Of a stretch of 64,000 nt of DNA, positions 1-13,258 are shown in pieces; the first letter of the stretch is position 1; every line of letters begins with the position of its first letter. The notes beneath the pieces were generated by a model. The model did no database searches, was not told the DNA's origin, and was given only the letters and a program-made list of their open reading frames with translations. Made by a program: the position numbers and the translations under genes. The DNA is from Octopus vulgaris (lineage: Eukaryota): the NCBI GenBank assembly GCA_951406725.2, contig OX597823.1, positions 81,344,001 through 81,408,000 of the forward strand, written 5' to 3'.

Positions 1-665
1 CTTTGTGACTGTGTGTGTATCTATGCATCAGAGTGTGCGTGCATGTATGTGGGTATGTGAGACAGTGTGTGTATTTGTATGTGTGTATATATATATGTGT
101 GTGTGCATGTGTGACTGTATATCTGTACATCTGTAAATGTATGTATGTGTATGTGCGTGTATCTGTGTGTGTACATCTGTGTAACTATGAGTGTTAGTGT
201 GTGCGTGCATGTATAATTACATGTTTGTGCCTTTGTGTACCTGTGCATTTATTGCCTCTGTGTGTGTGTGTATCTGGGCATCAGTGTGTGTGCATGTATG
301 TGTGTGTCTGTGCAACTGTGAGTGTGTATCTATGAATCAGTGTGTGCATGCATGTATGTGGGTATGTGAGGGTGTGTGTATTTGTATGTGTGTATATATA
401 TATGTATGTGTGTTATTGTATATCTGTACACCTGTAAATGTATGTATGTGTATGTGCGTGTATCTGTGTGTGTGTGAGTATCTATGCATCAGTGTATGTA
501 TGCATGTATATATGTATGTGAAAGTGTGTGTATTTGTATGTATGTATATATATATGTGTGCATGTGTGACTGTATATCTGTACATCTGTAAATGTATGTA
601 TGTGTATGTCTGTGTATCTGTGTGTGTGCATCTCTGGAACTGAGTGTGAGTGTGTGTGCGTGCGT
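1..665. repeat. Higher-order ~150-bp TG-rich minisatellite (3 related units at ~17, ~326, ~478)
   Basis: Recurring gtatctatgcatcag...tatatctgtacatctgtaaatgtatgtatgtgtatg. Confidence 0.75.
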
Positions 666-1178
666 GTTTTATTACACCTAATTCCAGTTGCGTCACACCT
701 ATAACTTTGTGAAATTCTTCAATGAATTAATCAAGAAAGTTTGAGAGAATGTAGGACTTCTCACAATCTAGAAATAGGAAATTGGAACCAACAGAAGACA
801 CAGAAATTTAAAGTCATTTCTCTTCTGCTGATTAGGAAAGAGACCTCCTTCTTCACTTAACTCCCACAACTATTTATCTTACTAACACAAATACCATTTT
901 GGAGAGAAATGACCTTTTCCTGGTTGGCACCTGTTCTATGCATCCTACACAGAAATAAAAGCTATATCAAAGGCATAATGATGGCTGTGCTTACCAACCA
1001 CATGGTTTTGAGTTCAGTCCCACAACATGGTACCTTGGTCAAATGTCTTCTATTTTAGCTCCAGGCTGACCAAAGCCTTATGAGTAGATTTGGTAGAAGA
1101 AAATATGAAGAATCCTGTTTTATATATGTATATTACATTTATATGTATATGTGTACATGTGTATGCATGTATATATAT

Positions 1179-1233
<55 letters not shown>

Positions 1234-2030
1234 TCATCATCATCATCATTTAACGTCCGTTTTCCGTGCTAGCATGGGTTGGGCGGTTTGACCGGGTCTG
1301 GGAAGCCAGGAGGCTGCACCAGGCTCCAGTCTGATCTGGCAGTGTTTCTACAGCTGGATGCCCTCCCTAATGCCAACCACTCCGTGAGTGTAGTGGGTGT
1401 TTTTTATGTGCCAGCGGCACAGGTGCCAGAGGAGGCTGACAGTGGCTACATTCGGATGGTGCTTTTTACGTGCCACCGGTACAGGTATCACAACTCCAAT
1501 TTTTCCATTTGATATTTATTTTGATGTTCATGTACTTGACTCAATAGGTCTCCTCAAGCACAGCAGGTCACCCTACTCTTTTACTTGTTTCAGTCATTTG
1601 ACTGCTGCCATGCTGGAGCACTGCCTTTAGTCAAACAAAGGATGTATTCTTTGTAAGCCTAGTACTTATCCTATCAGTCTCTTTTGTCGAGCTTCTAAGT
1701 TTTGGGGACATGAACACACCAACATTGTCAAGCAATGGAGGGGGAACAAACACACACACACCATCCACTGCACAGAGTGTTCTGAGTGCTTTATACAAGG
1801 AACCAGCATGAGTGCTTTATATGCGACAGCAGCACAGGTCTGTGTGTGAGTGTGCATGCACACACACGTGCATGTATGCCTTTGTGCCTGCTCCTACCTC
1901 ACCACTTTATGAACAGTATAGGCTTATTTACATCCCTATCACTTAACAGTTAAGCAGTACACTTTTCCATGCTAGTAGGGGTTAAACAGAATTCATTAAG
2001 GCTGATTTTCTATGGCTAGATGCCCTTTCC

Positions 2031-2089
<59 letters not shown>

Positions 2090-2099
2090 GATATATATG

Positions 2100-2507
2100 A
2101 TTGTGGTAAGTAGCTTGTTTACCAACCACATGGTTCCAGGTTCAGTGCCACTGTGTGGCACCTTGGGCAAGTGTCTTCTACTATAGCCTCGGGCCGACAA
2201 AAGCCTTGTGAGTGGATTTGGTTTACGGAAACTGAAAGAAGCCCGTCGTATATATGTATATATATATATGTGTGTGTGCATGTACATTTGTGTGTCTGTG
2301 TTTGTCCCCCTAGCATTGCTTGACAACCGATGCTGGTGTGTTTATGTCCCCGTCACTTAGCAGTTCGGCAAAAGAGACCGATAGAATAAATACTGGGCTT
2401 ACAAAGAATAAGTCCCGGGGTTGAGTAGCTCGATTAAAGGTGGTGCTCCAGCATGGCTGCAGTCAAATGACTGAAACAAGTAAAAGAGTAAAAGAGTAAA
2501 AGAGAGT
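2100..2507 (+). mobile_element. tRNA-derived CORE-type SINE (OR2-like; family S1)
   Basis: B-box ggttcagtgcc, core ccttgggcaagtgtc, internal (TA/TG)n, tail ggtgctccagcatgg..cagtcaaatgactgaaac(aagtaaaagag)n. Confidence 0.85.
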
Positions 2508-3109
2508 ATATACACAGGACTTAGATTCTCTCAAATGCCCAGGAGGCTCTCTTGATTTGTAGATAGTTTCTGTTACTTAGGTGACAAAATTAGTAATGGT
2601 GAAGGATGCTCTGAAAGTATTGTTTCTAGAATAAGAATAGGGTGGAGGAAGTTCAGGGAGCTATTACTTCTGTTGGCAACAAAAGGGCTATGTCTCTCAG
2701 AGTAAAAGGTAGACTGTATGTGGATGGTGTTCGGAAGGGCATCCAGACGTAGAGAACATGCCTAAACAGACAACTGGACCCTGGTGCTGCTCTCTGGCTT
2801 GCCTACTCCTGTCAAACTGTCCAACCCATGCCAATGGTGGTGGTCACTGCCACCATTATTCTAGATATTTTCCTTCATTATTAGTAACATAATATGCAAG
2901 GTGGTGAGCTGACAAAAGCCTTCGCATGTTGGACAAAAATGCTTTGTGGCATTTCGTCCATCTTTTCTTTCTGAGTTCAAAGTCCACCATGGTTGGCCTT
3001 GCCGTTCATCCTTCTGGGGTCCATGAAACAAGAACCAGTTGAACACTGGGGATGATGTAATTTACTTATCCCCTCCTCCAAAACTTCAGGATTTGTGCCT
3101 ATAGCAGAA

Positions 3110-3360
3110 AGATTATTAATAACATAATCCCATCTGTACAGTAAATCATTGATCTCTTGGTTGTAAAATTCTTCAAATTTCAAAGCAAACAAACATTCAT
3201 TATCATTTCTTAACCTCTTTGCAATAAACTATTTTCTCTTCTGAATAATGTTGCAATGATCTGGAAAGATGACATTCACACGGAACAAGATCAGGAGTGT
3301 AAGTAAGATTAGGCAAAATAATTTAGTGCCATGGGGTATTGCTTTATCCAGATGTATTAT
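3110..3360 (-). mobile_element. Mariner transposase C-terminal remnant
   Basis: YTPDLVPCECHLSRSLQH and FEEFYNQEINDLLYRWDYVINN on the minus strand. Confidence 0.65.
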
Positions 3361-3784
3361 CCACATACCAATAATTACTTATATATATCTAGCCAAAAGA
3401 AATGAATATGTTGTGTTTATTGTTTGTTGTATCATAGTTAATGACTAGGAGATGAAAATCATTAATGTATTTTGAATATTGAAATAAAAAAATATATCTA
3501 TTTCAATATCTTTGTCAATATCTAATGTGTATATCTGTGTATAAGACTTGCCTATTTTTATTCTTAGACGTAAGAAAAAATTGCCGTGTATCTAATGTGA
3601 TGGTTTTATGGATGCTATACTGAGTGTATGAGTGGATGATGAAATATATTAAATTTGTGTCTTTTTTTCTACTTTCAGAAAATATATAATTCTTTTTTTT
3701 CCATAAAAAAGTTGAAGTTTGTCATATGTGTGAGTGTTTTCTTGTATACTGGCAAATATGTTATGTCAGAATCTATCTAACTAT

Positions 3785-4107
3785 ATGCGTGTGTGGGTGT
3801 ATGTATATATATATATAAATATCTACATCTATGTGTGTGTGTGTATATATATACGCACACATAGATATAGATATTTATATATATACGTGTATATATACAT
3901 ACATACATTTGAATATATATATATATACATACATATATATATATGCATGTATATATATGTATATATGTATATATATATATTTATATATACGTACATATAT
4001 ATTTTTATATATATATCTATATATGTATATATATATATTTATATATATGTATATATATATATATTCGTATATATATTTATATATATATATACATATATGT
4101 ATGTGTT

Positions 4108-4138
<31 letters not shown>

Positions 4139-4205
4139 GTATGTATGTATATGTGTGTGTCTGTGTATAAATATATGTATATACACAAAAGATATAGATA
4201 TATAA
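3785..4205. repeat. Compound (TA)/(TG) microsatellite
   Basis: Direct reading. Confidence 0.9.
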
Positions 4206-4986
4206 ATAGATAAATAACAAAAGTTCATATAAGTTGGTTTTATGATTACAGTTTGCACAGGTTTTTCCTTTTTTCTATATTTGGTCATCCCTGAGGTCAT
4301 CTACTATTACCTATTGTTTTCTCCCCCTCTCCCTCTCTCTCTCTCTTTCTCTCTAATTCATATCTAACTTCGTCCTTACACATACTCCTCTTCTTTCCTT
4401 TATTTTCCCAATTTCTCTTGTTTCCATTTTTTTTTCACTTCTATTCTCGAAGTCTCACTCCCCCACAAAATAAAATATAAGTTTGATGGAATTTTATACA
4501 TATATTCTTCTTTCTACTCGAATAATTTACCTGATGCATTCACATGCAAAAGTAATGGATTTCCGCACATCTAACTAATTGTCGACTACCCTGCGTGTTA
4601 CAGTTTCTACAAGATTTGTTTCATTCGTTACATTGCGTGATTTTACCCCCTACCCCTATTGTAATTTGATATTTTTCCACGTCTCTTGTTCATTCTATTG
4701 TTTTCTTTAGTTTTGTCTAGAGATACTTTGCATTGACATCAATAGAACAAAACCTCCCGACATTATTCCACAAGACAATATAAATGTTTTGCAGTGTGAG
4801 GATAAAAGGTTTCTTAGTATTCCTAATGAGTTCCATATAATATATATATATATGTGTGCGCATGTATGCATTTATGTATGTATGTGTGTGTGTATGAATG
4901 TATGTGTGTGTGTATATATATATATATGTATGGATGTATATAAATATATATATTCATATATATACATATACATATAAACATATATA

Positions 4987-5037
<51 letters not shown>

Positions 5038-5104
5038 ATGTATGTGTATATATGATGCGTATGTATGTCTATCTACAGATATACAAATAGAAAGATAGAT
5101 CCAC

Positions 5105-5141
<37 letters not shown>

Positions 5142-5205
5142 ATGATGATGATGATGATGATAAAATATATATGATATATACATATATATATATAATATGT
5201 ATATA

Positions 5206-5268
<63 letters not shown>

Positions 5269-5289
5269 GCATGTGTGTGTGTATGTATG

Positions 5290-5356
<67 letters not shown>

Positions 5357-5533
5357 TCAATATATAAATAAGAAAAATCACTGAATGCCTATAGTTATAT
5401 GAAATCTTATCTGATCTACACATACTGTGATTGTATGGCTCAACTGAGACGTGTTACTGACAATACTTGGTAGCCAACCTACTGAGTCAGTCACCAAAAT
5501 GCCTCCATAGTTTTTGTTTGTGTTTAATTATTA

Positions 5534-5598
<65 letters not shown>

Positions 5599-5884
5599 CT
5601 TTGTATGCTATGCATATGTCTCTTTTTCAGTGTATACCATATATACTTTCTTTCCTTTTTTTATCATTTCATTATATGTAAACCCCCAACACTTATCTGT
5701 TTTTATGTAAACCCCCCACACTTTATGCCTGTCTCATCCTTCACCCTTCTAGCAAATAAATGAAATCATCGTCGTCGTCGTCATTATCATCATTATTGTT
5801 GTTATTATTATTATTATTATTATTGTTAATCATTAAGGCTTGCTACATTGTTAGGAAATCTTTTATATTGTATTTTTTGATGAT

Positions 5885-6235
5885 TGAGAAATTGAGGCAA
5901 CATGCCAGCCTCAAATTTTGCATGAAGCTTTAGAAACATGCTTCCAAGATACTCAAAATGATTTGTCAGGCTTTTGGTAAACATTCTTTAGGTCAAACAC
6001 AAGGTTTTCGAGTTGTGCACACAAATGTGTTGATTCAAGATGCTGTACATTGAGATTGTTGAACCACTTGCCTTCAGCCAGAAAATGGGGAAAAAAAAAA
6101 AAATCTTAATTCTTCGATTAGAATTACCACTGAACCATCTGTTTGCTCTCTCATATGAGTGGAATCAGTTATGGAATCTCATGGAAACCCGAATTATATA
6201 CCATACTGAAGTGAAGTTTGTTCTCTGGTTTTCGA
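5885..6235 (+). mobile_element. Mariner transposase N-terminal (HTH) remnant
   Basis: QHASLKFCMKL*KHASKILKMICQAFG...KFV resembles the mariner QR..IKFCVKLGK...AFG...KFVP pattern. Confidence 0.6.
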
Positions 6236-6268
6236 TACTTGATTAAATGTCATATCTTGACAAGTATG

Positions 6269-6838
6269 TATTGGGTTGTTTGGAAAGTTTGTGTCGAATT
6301 TTAAAGGAAAGAAAAAGGTCAATAAATACTTGCCATTACATTTTTAATCAACCAAATGTGAACCATTTCGTTACACAATGCATCTCCATCTTTCCTTTAA
6401 CTTGAAAATACCCTCTTCCCAGAATTGAGGTGGTTTCATGGCAAAGAATTCATCAAGGTATCGTTTTACGTCATCCAAGGAATTGAAATTTTTACCATTA
6501 GGACTATTCTGCAGAGACCTGAATAAGTGGAAATCCGAAGGAGCAATATCTGGTGAATAAGGAGGGTGGGGTAACACATCCCAGCCGAGCTGCAGCAATT
6601 TTTGTCTGGTTCCTAAAGCATCATGAGCTGAAAATGGACTTTCTTATCTTCCATTTTAAAGGGTTAAAGGATTAACACAGGTTATAGAAACATAAACCCT
6701 CTTCCCTAAAAAGATGGCTTAAACTGTGTTCTAAATGGAGGTGTAGTCAAATCCTATTTTATGAACTCAATCATGTTCTAAAATAAATCGAAATGTAGGC
6801 TACTATAAATCGGCATGAACTTTCTAGACAACCCAATA
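6269..6838 (-). mobile_element. Internally deleted mariner with both TIRs
   Basis: TIRs tattgggttgtttggaaagtttgtgtcga / tcggcatgaactttctagacaacccaata; ORF LGWDVLPHPPYSPDIAPSDFHLFRSLQN. Confidence 0.9.
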
Positions 6839-7536
6839 CTTTGAGCTTTATGAGAACACTAACAATCACCCAATTTTCGTCATTAGAATTAGCCAGGTGA
6901 TGTAAGTTGGGTTGACAGCTTTGATACAGAGACAAACCAGCACTCATTGCAATGAAAGAGCTGGCAGTCAATAAGATCAAAGAAATCATGTTAGGTCTTG
7001 AGTGAAAGGCAAAGTTCATAATTTTCTCCAAGTCAAGGGCATTATTCATTCTGTGAAATGTTTGGTACCAGGAAGGGTATCCGAATGTAAAAAAATGCCA
7101 AAACAGACACAGAAGTATGGTGCAGGCTTCTGCTTGGCCAGCTCCTGTCAAACTATTCAACCCATGTCAGCATGGAAAGAGGATGTTAAACGATGATGAT
7201 GATGATATTTTTTTTCCCTGGCAGTATGATGAATTCTGATATTTGGTGCTATGATTTGAGGTGTTAGAAAGAAACATGTGGATTAAACACATGCACACAC
7301 GCACACACACGCACACACACACACACATACACACAGCTGTGGAGCAAATGCATTTAGCTTCTACCCTCATGACAACACATGCTCATACCACCTTCAAGAT
7401 GATGCAATTTTTGGCAAAGAATGAAATGGAATTCCTTCCACACATTTCATACTTACCTGTCCAACCTGTCTTTGACTTACTTAGGTTTCTAAATGGACAT
7501 GCATACATATGTGTGTGTGTGTGTATGAATAAATAA

Positions 7537-7581
<45 letters not shown>

Positions 7582-7633
7582 GGTGCCCCAGCATGGCCAC
7601 AGCTCATGAGCTGAAACTAGAATCAATCAATCA

Positions 7634-7810
7634 TATTTCTCTCCTTCTTTCTGTGTTTTTCTCTCTCTGTGTATCTTTCTGTTGAAGAGCGTAGGCTCGA
7701 AACGTTAAAGACTTGTTTTATTTATATTTCCTGAGCGCCATACTAATACAATTGTTCGTTTGTTTTCCACCTGCCTTCGTCTTTTGTTTATTTTCATAAA
7801 GCTTCCCGTT
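7634..7810 (+). mobile_element. Penelope-like pLTR remnant with a minimal hammerhead-like motif (family C; motif 7674-7711)
   Basis: TCTTT-CTGTTGA-A-GAGC gtag GCTC-GAAA-CGTT-AAAGA, then cctgagcg..taatac; ends in (TA)n; homologous to 20030-20238. Confidence 0.55.
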
Positions 7811-8103
7811 ATATATATATATATATGTATATATTGATATATCATCATCATCATCGTTTAACACCCATTTTCCATGCTAGCATGGGTTATATATAAATTA
7901 GAAAAAAACCAATACATACAATATGTATATATGTATATGTATGTATATATATATATATATATAATATATATATATACATATATGTGGTTATGCATAAATG
8001 TATACACACACACACACATATACAGATACATTCCTACAAACCTACATACATATGTGTGTGTATAAATGTATATATAATATATATACATATATATGTATAT
8101 ATA

Positions 8104-8153
<50 letters not shown>

Positions 8154-8159
<6 letters not shown>

Positions 8160-9412
8160 GTTGGAAAGAGAGTGTTTTCGGTTTTTTAGTGTGAAATAAA
8201 TCATTTATTTTCATACTAAGAATGAACTTTAATCAATTATATATTTTCCAGTTTGTTTGATGACCTTTTGCCATCTTTCTGGCAACTCCATGAATCTGTG
8301 CTCATAGTACTTCTGGTTCTTATCAGCCAAAATGCTGAAGTAAGTGCAATTTCAGGTTATCATTATTGAAAGTTTTACCATTGAAAGAATTTTGCAAACT
8401 TTGAAATAAATGGTAATCTGATGGTGCAACGTCAGGGCTCTATGGTAGATCTGACATCACTTCCCAATCAAGCTCCAATAATTTTTCACAAGTTAGCAAA
8501 GATGTGCGTGGTCTAGCATTCTTTTATGATTTGCTAATTCTGGCCATTTTTCTTTGATTGCTTTATCCAGTTTCATTAGTTGTTGACAGTAAACATCTGA
8601 ATTGATCGTTTGGTTCCTTGGAAGCTGCTTGAAATACACAACACTGTTGTAATCCTACCACATTGACAGCATGACCTTTTTTTGATGCAATTCAGCTTTT
8701 GATGTAGTTTGTGCTGGTTCATTACATTTGGACCATGGTCATTTTTGATTGATGTTATTGTAGACAATCCATTTTTCTTCCCCAGTGATGATTCGTTTCT
8801 AAAAAGGGTCGATTTCATTGCGTTTGAGATGCATATTGCAAATATTGATTTGTTGTGTTAAGTGAACCCCTTTCAATTTATGTGGAACCCAAATATTGAG
8901 CTTCTTAACGAGTCCAAGACATTTTAAGTGATCTTCAATTGTTGTGTGTGACACATTTAACCACTCTGCAGTTTCTTGCACAGCTATATGACAATCAGAT
9001 TCAAATATGGCTTTGATTCGGTCATCATCAACTTCAGTAGGTTGACCAGAATATTGGTCATCTTTGAGTGAAAAATCTCCAGAACAAATTTTTTTAAACC
9101 ATTTCTAACATGTGTGTTCTGTTAAGCAATCAACACCATAAACTTCCCATATCTCTTTGTGAGCCTCGGCAGTTTTCTTGCCTTTATGGAAATAAAAAAG
9201 CAAAAGAGGTGAAAATGTTCATTTTTGCACTCCATGTTAATATTGACACTGAACTAACAGCTTTTACCAAAATTACATGCAATTTGCTTCTAAAGTGAAC
9301 TAAAAGTAATGGGTATCAAAAGGAAAAAAAAATCATAATATTAACAAAAGTCAAAAAAAAACCATAACTATTTATTTCCGAAAAACGACATTACTTTCTT
9401 GCCAACCCAGTA
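8154..9412 (-). mobile_element. Full-length decayed mariner (Tc1/mariner DD34D) transposon, ~1.26 kb
   Basis: TIRs TA-ttgggttgg..aaag / ctt..gccaacccag-TA; minus-strand WVPHKL and SPDVAPSDYHLF motifs with stops and frameshifts. Confidence 0.9.
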
Positions 9413-9454
9413 TATATATACATATACATTCATACAAACATACATACATATATA

Positions 9455-9494
<40 letters not shown>

Positions 9495-9690
9495 ATACAA
9501 AAATGGGACAAGAATGCAAAACATAAAAATGGAACAACAAAATATACAGATAGATGATACAAAGAAAACAAGGACGGCTCATTTGAAGTTTCCTTTCCTC
9601 AGTCGAGTACCAGATTATCTTCGCAATTTTGACACATATACATTCATACAAACATGCATACATATATATGTGTGTATATATATATGTATA

Positions 9691-9738
<48 letters not shown>

Positions 9739-9879
9739 TACTTTTATATATATTATATATGTATATATTAAGGATGAGATGATGATTCATTGTCAGTATT
9801 CAGTGTTTCTCACTGTGTGCAATCATTCAGGCAACATAAAGACAAATGGGATGGAGGTGGTTTAATATGGTCCAGAGTA

Positions 9880-9915
<36 letters not shown>

Positions 9916-10314
9916 GCATATACACACATTGCTATATATTTATGTAAATAAGATCAGCAATATTTTTATAACTGTGCGGTTTTGAAAACATAACTATGCT
10001 CTATATATCTAAGATAAAGAAATTATTATCATTATTATTATTTGAGTTGACTCAGGATTTGTCTTATACTTGTTTGAATTTATGTGGTGTTGTGAATTTA
10101 TGTGGCTTGTAACCTTAGATATTCATATGATTTCAATAAGCTGTCAAATGCTCAAAATCCATCTGATGATATTTATTATTCTCAAAAAGCAACTCTTTTG
10201 CTGATGTGATACAAGACTTACTATTCTTCCAATCTCCTTTAACCACCACTGCTGCTGCCACCACCACCGCCACCACCGCCACCACTGCCACCACCACCAC
10301 CACCAAATACTTTT

Positions 10315-10530
10315 ATTATTATCATTGCCTTTGCACAGCTTCTAACGCTGGAGGCATACTATGGTGTCAGCTGTTCACTACCAGCAAACTAAGGTAACAC
10401 CTCTTATTTTTCAAGCACCTTCTGGAGTATTCAAACGGTTCCAAGCAGTGCTGTTTTCTGCAAGTGCTCCACCCTTATTACAGCCTTTATTTGTTCCACG
10501 TACTTCTTGAGATTTTTGCTCACTGTTTGT
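10315..10530 (-). mobile_element. 3' end of an R4/Dong-like RLE LINE
   Basis: TVSKNLKKYVEQI..IRVEHLQKTALLGTV*ILQKVL; flanked by TAA/TGA repeats. Confidence 0.65.
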
Positions 10531-10814
10531 TATTATTATTATCATCATCATTATCATCATTATCATCATCATCATCATCATCATCATTATTATCATCACT
10601 ATCTGTTTTCCATTTTGTTTCCATTTCTTGATGATTGTCTTCCTGACACCTAGGGCAGAGAAACGTACTGTATACATTGGTAGGCCATTAAAATAAACAC
10701 ACCAGAATGTTCATTTAGAAAGTCATGTGATAGAAAAAAATGGGGAAGAAAGAAAGAAAAAGTGAGATGACACATATTTTTGATTTCAATCAGTGAATCT
10801 TTATATTTTCTGAA

Positions 10815-11136
10815 TTATTATTATTATCATTCAGTAGTTTTATTTTTATTGCATGCTTTCACTTCACTACCAAGCGCAGCTCTGTGTGCCTTGGGTATGT
10901 GCTGTGATTTGTCTGATGCTCTGATGGTTACTGTATTGAAAGTGTTTTGCATAGGATGTGTGCAGTGCCCAGTAGTGCAATTTTCTGTATGTTATATGTG
11001 TTTGTAAGTCCTGGTGTGTTTGTTATGTATTTGTCTGAATATTTTTTCATCATGCCTAATGCGCCTACTATGATAGGAATTATTTTTAAATTCCACATTC
11101 GAGTTACCTCTACTTCCAGGTCTTTGTATTTTGAAA

Positions 11137-11140
<4 letters not shown>
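10815..11140 (-). mobile_element. 3' end of an R4/Dong-like RLE LINE within (TAA)n
   Basis: KYKDLEVEVTRMWNLKIIPIIVGALGMMKK...IQKIALLGTAHILCKTLS*; (TAA)n on both sides. Confidence 0.75.
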
Positions 11141-11198
<58 letters not shown>

Positions 11199-11234
11199 GA
11201 TGATGATGAGGTAAAATGTTTGGTTATTTTGCAA

Positions 11235-12250
11235 GCCCACGTCATCCTACATTTACCTTCACTGCTGCTCCACGTCATACAATTAAGTCAAATCCCAAAT
11301 CCCAGTTTTTGAGTATAAAACAGATTTGTGCTGACATAGGGGATTACTGGAAACATGCAAGTGCTTTTGTATGTTGTTATGTCAAATGTGGTTATAATGA
11401 ATCATGATAAAAGGAAATTGAAAATAAACATAGCTAAAATTAGCAAGGAAACTCAAACATTCATGCATAATTTTAGCAGCCACAGTAAAATCTGATCAGA
11501 TTCCTTTAGTGATTAACTGGCTCTGAAATTTCATTGGCATTTCAATAGTATTGCATGAGAGTTACCAGCATATTTCAGAAGAATATCCTCATTTCAATCA
11601 AGTATTCCCTCATCCACCTATTGTAACCTTTAGACTCAATAAAAATGTAAGGGAGCTATTAATCACTACCCCTAACCCCAATAAATCTGCCAATAGTCCT
11701 TTGGAATGCTGCATCCCGAAGAACAGCTGCAAGAGAGAAACTCCTGTTCATTGTGCAACAGCATGAATCAAGTCAATTCCATCACAAATTATAACAGAAA
11801 TGTTATGATTTATACAGAAAGTGGGGACATATAAAGATTCCCGTTGGGTGTAACACAGCAGAATACGCCAAACACAACTTGATTTATGCTGGTTGCAAAA
11901 CAGAACAATTAAATAAAAGATTCAATGGGCCGAGGTATGACAACAGGCACTATAACATCAAATGGATATAATTTTGAGGAACACCTGAAAGAGCACATTC
12001 TAAGAAAATATTCCGACTCTACTGCGCTTTCAGTTCTCAAAATGCATGGGGATAAATATATATTTGCAAATTGCTAATGTCATGCCCTAGAGGAATGAAT
12101 AACCATAATGAATAACCAATGACTGGTGAATTTCATCACATTTACACAAAAACTGTCTGACTAAATGTTCTCTTTCCTGTTTCTTTTCTTCTTTCTTTTT
12201 TCCTTTTTCCTTGTTACTTACCTGTGATGAAAAATCCAAAAACTGATGAC
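11235..12250 (+). mobile_element. Decayed Penelope-like element: RT thumb, linker and GIY-YIG remnants
   Basis: Broken frames give PRHTIKSNPKSQFLSIKQICAD..KCGY, VFPHPPIVTFRLNKNVRELLI, NLIYA..QLNKRFNG.RYD and a terminal P.GMN, all typical of PLE ORFs. Confidence 0.7.
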
Positions 12251-12429
12251 ATTATTTTATTTTATCTAAAATGGAATGCTGGATATTCCTGTTCATATTT
12301 TGAATTTCTGTATTCCTACATTTTTTTTTTTGTTTTAAATTTGGAACACAAGAAAGACAGAGAAACTGTGGAAATATTGTTCAGTTCATTCACTTCAATG
12401 GACAGTCAATCTCTATTTATTACAAATCA

Positions 12430-12493
12430 CATCATACTTTTATTGCTTATCGTCATCATCACCACCATCATCACCATCATCATCACCACCATC

Positions 12494-12527
<34 letters not shown>

Positions 12528-12758
12528 CCATCATCGTCACCATCATCATCACCATCATCATCACCACCATCACCACCACCACCACCACCACCATCATCAT
12601 CATCACCACCACCACCACCACCACCACCATCATCATCATCACCATCATCATCACCACCATCATCATCATCATCACCATCATCATCACCATCATCACCACC
12701 ATCATTACAACCACCACCACCACCACCACCATCACCTTCATGATGATGATGATGATGT
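12430..12758. repeat. (CAT)/(CAC)n trinucleotide tract
   Basis: Direct reading. Confidence 0.95.
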
Positions 12759-13217
12759 TGTTATTAAAGTTTTGATGTTCATAATTCCCTGATCACAAGA
12801 TTGATGAATAGCACAAGACACCATTTAGTCACCATGATGCAGCACTGTCTCACCTCGGCACATAATGCTTCTTATGTCTTCTCTGCTCTGTCTTCTCTAC
12901 AAATACCTCCAACCATCAACTGCAGGTGTCATCCATTTATATTATGCATGCTTACATGTTTAACCATCTCTTCTACACGTCTCCGTGTAACATATGCAGT
13001 GTGTAATTGTTCCTACACCTGACTGTTGTTTGTTCTTTCATGAAGATATTAATGTTAGACATCACATGGACTATATTCCAATCAGTTCTACTTGGCTTCA
13101 GGAGAATGTTTGTATTTAGCACCCTATGATACACATATATACCCTCCAGTGAAGGTGGATTGTTTTTTCATTAGGAACAAGTCATTTCCTAGTATGAACT
13201 ATTTAAAGAATTCAAAT

Positions 13218-13258
<41 letters not shown>

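Noticed and set aside
7456-7487. Minus-strand 32-nt exon candidate with CAG|GTAAGT
   Set aside because: Weak acceptor inside a microsatellite; not frame-preserving; no homology
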